Of a stretch of DNA of 64,000 nt, positions 56,950 through 64,000 are shown piece after piece. This DNA comes from a virus. Positions within the stretch are counted from its first letter, which is position 1, and the number at the start of each line of letters is the position of its first letter. The position numbers were made by a program, and so were the translations under genes. The stretch is from IMG/VR virus record IMGVR_UViG_3300037541_000804, positions 32,001 to 96,000 of that record, one strand, 5' to 3'. The notes under the pieces were generated by a model, which saw nothing but the letters and a program-made list of their open reading frames with translations, did no database searches and was not told the origin of the DNA.

Positions 56950-57387
56950 GTGCCAACCTGCCAAAACATTAACCGCTATCGCGCCGAAGTTTGGCACGAA
57001 AACCTTTCGCCCGAAAATAATGCTTGGATTTCTATCGGCGAACCAGAAATCCCCGATTCCATTATCTGTAACAGGATTTTGGACAATTTGCCGTATTTGA
57101 AATTGTGGTTTTGGGACGTAACAGAAACCGTTCAAGATGAGTTCGGCGATTCTTACTTTCCGCCGAATGAAAAAGACGCGGTTCAAATCGTTCGCTTTAT
57201 TCTCCAGAATCGCGGCAAAAACTTTATCGTCAATTGCAAAGCTGGAATTTCCAGAAGCGGCGCAATCTGCAAGTTTTTAGAAGAAACCCTTGACTACGAC
57301 TGGATTAGTGGTAAAGATAGGGCGCGGCCCAACTCTTTGTTGCTAGAACTTCTAAAACAGGAGTTTGTTTGCTTTTCGGGCCAATAG
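56950..57387 (+). CDS. protein-tyrosine/dual-specificity phosphatase-like protein
   Basis: CX5R P-loop VNCKAGISRSGA, WISI, F.D and PN. Confidence 0.85.
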   Translation: MPTCQNINRYRAEVWHENLSPENNAWISIGEPEIPDSIICNRILDNLPYLKLWFWDVTETVQDEFGDSYFPPNEKDAVQIVRFILQNRGKNFIVNCKAGISRSGAICKFLEETLDYDWISGKDRARPNSLLLELLKQEFVCFSGQ

Positions 57388-57426
57388 TTCAAGCAATCTT
57401 TGATTTACGCCGCCAAAACCAAACAT

Positions 57427-59086
57427 ATGACCAAACACCTAATTCCCTCCATCCAGAAATCTTTGGGGCCAATTTTTGAATACTTTTTGGCCGAATTAGA
57501 AAAACAAGACGGCAAAAGGTTGGATATACGGTTGACTGTTAAAGAAAATGATGTTAAACTAGAGTATGGAGTATCGCCTGTAGATCATGACTAACAACCC
57601 AACATACATTTCTGGCCAACAGGCGTGGGATAAGCTTATTTCGCTCGACTATACAGGAGAAAACTCGTATCACAATTTTTTTCGTGATTGGGATATTTTT
57701 TATCGTCCACATTGGGCGTCTCTTGGAGATGGCAAAGGCAAAACCAAGGAGGAGCCTATTCAAGTCTCATTTAACTGGATAATCCATAGGCAATACAACG
57801 CTCACGGTTATCAAGCGGTAGAAAATCCGCCGTATTATGAACTGTGTGTAAGTATGCCCCCAGATTCGAGAAATAAGCATTTTCCAACGTATCGCGCTCC
57901 ACGATTTTTTTGGAATAACAAAAGAGGCTTAAGTGAGATTTTTCTAGCGCCAAAAATTGATTTTCAAATCTAATTTCTTATCAGAATGACCAAAGACCAA
58001 CTAAACTTCCGCCGCACGATTCTGGCCCATCAAGCCATTATTGATGCGTCCAGATACGCTATTGACGAGGTGGCGATGGCTGTTATTGATGATTTTCACT
58101 TTTTGGATTACAAGGTATCAACCTTCTGGACTTGCGAAGATTCGCCGATTGGAGTTTGCGTATGGGTTTTAAACCAAGGAATTTTTGATATAAATTGTCG
58201 GTGTAGGTATTGCGGCAATCCCGTGGAGAGAAAATGATTATGACCAACCTAATCAAACGCTCCCTAACGACAGCCCTTAAACTCCCTTTCTCTATCGCGT
58301 GGGACTGCGTTAGTCTTGGTAATATGGGTGAGGGCAGTTCCACGTCTAAGGTTTTAGCCGAACACAAGAGAGAAAAGCAAGTGGACGAGATTCTAGAACT
58401 TTTAAAGAGAATTGGCGATTCTCAAATTTGAGAATACTTTTGGCCGTATGAAAGGCTCTTATGAATTTATTTCCGCCGATTGTTGGCGGCATATTCAAGA
58501 ATGCGTTGATTCTGATTGCGAATGGTGCGAATGGTTGGTAGAAAACGGGTTTACAACATCTTGTGAGGCTTGTGGCCACGTTGGAGATAATGAATCAGAT
58601 GGTTGGGATTCTATTATAGATGAGAATGGTGGGGTGACAGTTTTATGCCCCGAATGTAAAGAAAAGATTTTGGCCGATTGTTCTTGACTCTTTTATTTCC
58701 CTGTCTTAATATACCACATGTTCACAGACGACTTTATCCACGGCGAATGTAATGGCCGCAATATGTATGATTATGATTACGAAGAGGATGAATATGGTTT
58801 TGGCCCGCCTCCGAAGGTTAATCTTATCGGCAAAATTAAAGCCAAAACAGCTAAAGCAGCGCTCTTTGAATTGGCCGCTGTTGACCCATATACAGAATAT
58901 CCAGAAGATTTTGAAATCGGTGGGGAACAGTGGTTGCCGTTATCACAAATCGAAACGTCATCATTGCAGTCACCATACAATTTAGAGTCTGTCCCAGAAG
59001 AGCTAAAAGATTTCGTAAAAATCATTGCCCCGCTTTGGCTTGCGAATAAGTTTAAGAGTCGTTTTAAGGGAAAGATTGTTTTTTAA
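57427..59086 (+). CDS. cluster of six small hypothetical ORFs (57427-57594, 57587-57973, 57986-58237, 58234-58431, 58412-58687, 58718-59086)
   Basis: Packed or overlapping co-directional ORFs. The last has a sigma70-like promoter at 58684-58712. Confidence 0.5.
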
Positions 59087-59880
59087 TTTCGGCCCGCCTT
59101 GTAGAAAAGCTCCCAGAAAATTAGTCGTCCGACATTTTTTGCGAATTTATTAGGAGGAGATAAAAAGAGCGGCCCAAAGTTTTAGACAATGGGTGGCGGG
59201 TATGGGGGGGGGAGGCTATAGAGATGTGCTTATTATATGGGGAAGAGATGAAGATTTATATAGAGGAGTAGAGACTATACTGTAGATGCAAAGACGCTAA
59301 AGATTGGAGAATGGTTTGGTTTTTAAAATGTCAGATATAAATGGCCACTACCCCCCCAGGCGTTCTCCCTAAGAAAGCCCCCTAAAAGTTTGGCTTAATG
59401 GGTATCCCTACCCACCCCTAGGTCACTTGCCTAGTCCATCCTCCTACTCCATTCACCTAAGCACACCCTGTCGCGATCAGGGTCAAGCCTAGTCATTATC
59501 CTTACACCGTTTCATCGTTTTGTATAGGGTTAACGTTCAAGGTGCCAAATCTCCTCCCTAGGTAACACACCTACGCCTTGCTATCGGCATAGTGTGTGGC
59601 ACCTACTAAAGAGACTAAGCGCACCATAGGGAGGGTATCTATCCCTCATAGGTGCGTTGCCTAGTAGTAAGGGGCGCTGATGTCAGGCCCATCGTCTTCC
59701 TTCTCATGCTTTTCCCTAAGGTAAGCAAGCCATTTCTCTAGTGTTTCTTCTTCATCTTCCATAGTGATAACCCCTAGGTGATTAAACCCCTTGCGCCTAG
59801 GGGAGCGGCGCAAGGGGGCGGTGGCGCTTACTTGCTGGCAGTGACAGCACCAAGAATTAAACCAATTAGAATCAAGATGA
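59087..59880. other. long non-coding region at the convergence of transcription; possible genome end or packaging region
   Basis: G-runs followed by C-runs, many CCTAG/CCTAGG copies, and no long ORF. Confidence 0.4.
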
Positions 59881-59902
59881 TGATTTCCATGGGTTAATGC
59901 GT

Positions 59903-60265
59903 TTACTCGTCAGCGTATCCGCATGCATATGCCTCGCCGTATGCCTTACGAATGCCTCGCTGACTAGGCATCAAAAGCGAGTGCTCGCGCATAGAATCCA
60001 TACGCTTAGAACGTGCGAATTCGCACAAGTCGATTTCTTCGTCCGCGCCTTCTTCGTCCTCATCATACGCCACGTTGTACGGGGCGCCATAGAGCGACAG
60101 CCTAGCATCATGCTCGCGAACCTTACTCATGCAGGGCATTGGAAAGCGAGGGCGCGAGACTGGCGTACCGAGTGATTCGGGCGCGAGGATAACAGGTGAG
60201 AAACGACCCGAGCAAAGGTCAAGGCGTTCAGCTTGCGATAAGTTACTGGCTAATGAGTTAATCAT
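59903..60265 (-). CDS. hypothetical early protein
   Basis: ATG after an AC-rich leader, downstream of a sigma70-like promoter at about 60451-60478. Confidence 0.5.
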   Translation of the reverse strand: MINSLASNLSQAERLDLCSGRFSPVILAPESLGTPVSRPRFPMPCMSKVREHDARLSLYGAPYNVAYDEDEEGADEEIDLCEFARSKRMDSMREHSLLMPSQRGIRKAYGEAYACGYADE

Positions 60266-60637
60266 ATGTTTTGTTTGTTTAGTGTTTAATGTCTGCGCAC
60301 TAGCTTAGGTGCAATGCGCAGACTAGAACACTAGCTCTAGTCACCTATCCAAGGGCGGGGCCGTCGCGAGTCATTCGGCCTTTACGCTAGCAGGGGCCGC
60401 TTATGCTGGCGTGGCGCTCTATGCGCTCCGCGCTCCCTACTGACACGCCTATAATATAGGTAAATAATCCCTTGTCAACTCCCGAACAGGAAAAGAATAA
60501 AAAAAACAATTGTAAAAAGATTGTAAGGAAATTGTAAGACTCAAAAGATGCAATCTTGGCATGCTTTGTGAAGCAAAGTAACCCTTGTACCTGGTACGCA
60601 AAAAGGGCGCGGATTGCTCCGCGCCCCTCGTTAGCTG

Positions 60638-61711
60638 CTAGGCTCTAGCCAGCAAAGGCAAAACCTTGCTTTGCATGCTGGCTCCCATCTTGCGCCAGCT
60701 TTCCCGCGTACCTTCGTCAAGCAAGCCAGACACAAAACGCGTTTTGTGCTCCGCCGCTCCTGCAAACTCCGCTTTGTACATGCGTTCGGCGGAATCGCTC
60801 TTTTTGCCCGTGCCCTCGCCGCTTGTCCAATATTCCGTTGCGCCGTTTGCCAGATCATAGAGCGAGCGGCCAGAATTGCCCCGCCCGCGATAAGCTAAGC
60901 GCGTGATTTCTTCCGCCGCATTTTGCGAGCGCGTAGCAAGCTCGTCCGTCTTATCCTGCATGCTGGCAAAATAGCCAAGGGGGATTTGCTTCATGGCTTG
61001 CGTGTCGGAATCAATCCTCGCCAGCTCTTCCATGCAACGCACAAATTCGCCACGTCCTGCCATGATGGCTTGAACCATTTCCGCCACATGGGCAATTTTC
61101 AGACTGGCGTTTTGCGTATGATAAACGGAAAAACCAACTTCACCTTGCGCCTCCAATGACCAACGCAACGTATTCATGCAGACAATCCGAATCATCGAAT
61201 CGTAACAGCGCAAGCCAAGCGTGCCATCGTGCGAAGTAACAAAATTCAAAGACGTTTTAATTGTCTCGTCATTAAAACGAGTTTTTACGCGCAAATCTTC
61301 CCCGATTGACACGCTAGCGAAACACTTTTTCCCGCCCTCAAGCGTTCCTGCGCATGTGACCGTTGCGCCGTTGTCTAAAACATCCGCCAGCGAATCGCGA
61401 AGCAAGGCAAACAATTCGGCGTTTTCGATGGGCCGATAACTGTTTTTTGGAATGTGAAGCGGCACAATCTCGTTGGCGGTGCCGACAAGATCAGGACGGC
61501 AGGCGCGATAATCAGCGGCCAAAACCTTATGATTCGGCATAACGTACGTTTTCTCGTCAACGGTGAAGCTGGCATTTCCTTCAATGATTCGAGGGGATAA
61601 ATAAATAAATTCGTTTTCCCCGATTGAAGGAACAACGGTGGCGAGTTTATGCCATTCGCTCCCTTGGGTGGAAAAGATGGCGTCGATAGGCTTGATGATT
61701 CCGTGTGACAT
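60638..61711 (-). CDS. DUF932/DUF945-family phage protein
   Basis: WHKL, Y.PIEN, AGTLEGGK, TSHDGT, RIVCMNTL, HT, and LYDLANGATEY. Confidence 0.85.
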   Translation of the reverse strand: MSHGIIKPIDAIFSTQGSEWHKLATVVPSIGENEFIYLSPRIIEGNASFTVDEKTYVMPNHKVLAADYRACRPDLVGTANEIVPLHIPKNSYRPIENAELFALLRDSLADVLDNGATVTCAGTLEGGKKCFASVSIGEDLRVKTRFNDETIKTSLNFVTSHDGTLGLRCYDSMIRIVCMNTLRWSLEAQGEVGFSVYHTQNASLKIAHVAEMVQAIMAGRGEFVRCMEELARIDSDTQAMKQIPLGYFASMQDKTDELATRSQNAAEEITRLAYRGRGNSGRSLYDLANGATEYWTSGEGTGKKSDSAERMYKAEFAGAAEHKTRFVSGLLDEGTRESWRKMGASMQSKVLPLLARA

Positions 61712-62010
61712 ATAGTTAGAGCGTTAGAGTTTGGATTATCTGCGAGGAGAAATTGTCTCCCGTCACTCTTAATATGGAATAGATTTTTCCACCGTGCAAC
61801 AACCAATTCATCTTTTTCGGCGTTATAATTTCCAGAACGGGCCATTCTAGCTTTTATAAGCGGCAGGATCATAATCTGATTCAATTTTTCGCCCCTAATA
61901 CTGTTCAACCGAACATCATCATTCAACCTAGGTTGCGTCCCTAGTCTCTATAGGTGAACGGCGTAAAACGCTCTCGTAGGAAATTCTCCCTCGTTATCTC
62001 CCGTAGGGAG

Positions 62011-63551
62011 ATGCCCTACGGCGAGTATATTTGCAGGCTGTACTATTTGACCGAAAACAAAAACAATTTTCTCAAAAATGAGAATCCGCGCTAAAAAATC
62101 GAATCGTTTAAATTTGTTCTGAGCGTCAGGATAGCGGCCTCAAAATCGGGCGCTTTAAAACGAAAGGAAACAGCCCTATCGGCTTATTTGCCAACTTAGG
62201 CAAATATCTTATTTGACCGTTAGGGCTTTCTCAACTCATGCCAGCGGCCTCATCAAATCTTCCAATGGGTTAAATCGGGCGGGATTTGCATAGCAGCCAG
62301 TGTTTTGCTCAACGGGCTTATTTGCGGCAATCCACTTTTCAAAGGTGGTTGTTGAGTGTCCTTTAGCGACACTCTCGCCAAACTCGCGCATGATTTTATT
62401 TCTAGCGTCTAACTCATTTTCAGCCAAAACAGCGATTGAACAGCCATATTCATTATTATAGAATTTATAACCGTCCATCCAACGGGTGAGGGAAACATCT
62501 GGAATTGTTTTTTCCGTGACGAATTGACTCAAGCGAGAATCATATTCCACTCGCTCGATTCTCAATTCTGAGAATTTGGCGAGAATGTTTTCTGGCGACT
62601 CTTCAAACATGTTATCTGGAATGATTTTTTTCAGCAGTTTCAAAGCATTTGAAACATGATCCACGCAATTTCCACGCGCTTCAATTGTGGTACGCATGCC
62701 GTACCAGCCCTTATTAGTGTGGTCGGACTGGAAACGCATAACAATCAATTCATCCATGGAGGTTGAATTGAATTCGCCACGCTTCAAAATTTGAAGATTG
62801 AGATGCTTAAAACCATTTGAGGTTTCGCTTGAGACTCTGAAACCGAACTTTGGGCAGGTGATTTTGTTCATGCTTTTAATATGCCACGTTGGAAACTATA
62901 TGCAAGTTAATTCTGCTCTTTTTCTTTGCGCCAAAATATAAAGAAATAAACCTTGCTCCGACTCCTTTTCTCGATTATCTTAAAACACGGGAGCGTGAAG
63001 GGAGCGCCAGTCCGACAAGTCTAAGGGAACGCGCCCAAAAATAATTATAAAAACCATAATCCCTTAAAATTTTACCCTTGCGAGAATTTCCTAAGATATT
63101 CGCGGCCCCTTATGTTTCGGGCGTCTTAGGGATTGTCGGTGGTTTGTTTTGTAAGATAGCGCGGGACTTCCGCGTTGTCAAACTTTTATTTAGGACTTTT
63201 CATCCAAGTGCTCCCATTTTCATGCAGGGTATATCCTAGATTAATCATAAAGTCGGCGAATTGTTTTTCATTCATGGGTTTATTTTACCACAGGGAAAGA
63301 AGGGAATCAAGTATTATTTGTTATTTCGGCCAAAATTAAAAAGCATTTTGTTTTCTCACTTTTGAGAATGCAGTAAAAACGGGGTCTTAGGGTGTTTTCC
63401 GATAGGATAACCCCTAACAAAAAGGCCCGCCCTCCTTTTGAGAGAGCGAGCTAAAACTTTTCACCCTTATTTGATGCCGAAGGGTTTCTAGGGAGAGGTA
63501 GAAGATGCACCTAGAGGTTTTCTGGTTATGGAAATACTCGCCGTAGGGCAT
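62011..63551. repeat. 18-bp perfect inverted repeat (62011-62028 / 63534-63551)
   Basis: ATGCCCTACGGCGAGTAT versus ATACTCGCCGTAGGGCAT. Confidence 0.85.
62236..62871 (-). CDS. hypothetical early protein (leaderless)
   Basis: TTGCAT-N16-CATATT lies 6 nt upstream of the ATG. Confidence 0.7.
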   Translation of the reverse strand: MNKITCPKFGFRVSSETSNGFKHLNLQILKRGEFNSTSMDELIVMRFQSDHTNKGWYGMRTTIEARGNCVDHVSNALKLLKKIIPDNMFEESPENILAKFSELRIERVEYDSRLSQFVTEKTIPDVSLTRWMDGYKFYNNEYGCSIAVLAENELDARNKIMREFGESVAKGHSTTTFEKWIAANKPVEQNTGCYANPARFNPLEDLMRPLA

Positions 63552-63581
63552 AGGGGAAACCCCTATAACCCCTAGGCATTA

Positions 63582-63782
63582 TCAATCTTTGCTTTCTTCG
63601 TCCTCATCTTCTTCTTCTTCTTCAAGCCATCCGATACGTTGCGCCATATCGGCCACATCGCTTTCGCTCATGTATGCAAGGCACTCGCGCACGATTGCGG
63701 CGGGATCAAGAACGCCTTCGTCCATCATTTCGAGGACTTTGCAGGTTGCTTGGCGAACGTTTGGGTGAGTTGAGAATCTCAT
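63582..63782 (-). CDS. small protein with acidic tail
   Basis: T.KVLEMMDEGVLD......CL.YMSE.DV.DM pattern; TTGCGC-N16-TACACT promoter upstream. Confidence 0.65.
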   Translation of the reverse strand: MRFSTHPNVRQATCKVLEMMDEGVLDPAAIVRECLAYMSESDVADMAQRIGWLEEEEEDEDEESKD

Positions 63783-64000
63783 AGTAAGGGAAGTGTAAGG
63801 GTTATTTGAGCGGGCGCAAGTTAATTTTTGCAGTTTTCTTCATGAATTCGCCGTCCTTCTGAAACGATAGTCATGGCGGCGGAAAAGGAGATTTCTTTAC
63901 GCTCGGCGAATTTTTCGACTGTCAAATAATCATTGACGTATTCGAGGTAGAGGTCAGAGAGAATGGAGCGGAGTGATTTGTTTTGCATGAGAGTAATATG

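Noticed and set aside
1-64000. Alternative genetic code, tRNA or rRNA genes, integrase
   Set aside because: Long ORFs tile the window in the standard code using all three stop codons. No cloverleaf, rRNA or recombinase motifs were recognised by eye.

Overview
This window is a 64-kb segment of a large tailed dsDNA phage genome, read in the standard genetic code. No tail sheath is recognisable and the tape measure is 2174 aa, so it is probably siphovirus-like. The host cannot be determined from this window. Left to right: (1) 1-5.1 kb (+): the 3' end of a DnaE-like polymerase, a YopX-family gene, a ClpA/C-like ATPase with a degenerate first ATPase module, and a pseudo-kinase. (2) 5.1-37.8 kb: virion morphogenesis genes, mostly on the - strand, with an inverted neck/tail-tube block at 22.7-25.8 kb. 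This region includes a glycosyltransferase and a transposase-less TnpB element. (3) 37.8-39.9 kb (+): an island with two structured non-coding regions, an AEP-like gene and a DIP1984-like coiled-coil gene. (4) 39.9-51.4 kb (-): portal, GIY-YIG, terminase, ERCC4 nuclease, sigma factor, a membrane PAS protein, HNH, PhoH and a tube-fold protein. (5) 51.4-59.1 kb (+): small accessory genes (HD hydrolase, DNA methyltransferase, deaminase, minimal GGQ release-factor domain, phosphatase). (6) 59.1-64 kb: a compositionally distinct, repeat-rich region with - strand early-type genes, probably near a genome end. Two promoter classes can be read directly: sigma70-like promoters that often give leaderless mRNAs, and a phage late motif GTGTAA(T/C) upstream of many virion genes. 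Top observations: a late-promoter-driven TnpB whose guide is a relic of another allele of the adjacent virion gene, while the resident copy differs from the 18-nt guide only at synonymous positions (RNA-guided homing-like element); a DIP1984-like protein followed by a repeat-bearing structured RNA; a glycosyltransferase overlapping a tail protein with a mucin-like Thr tract at a CCC-UAG +1 frameshift-type site; and a strongly over-represented octamer TTGGCCGA. All family assignments come from motif recognition by eye, not from database searches.
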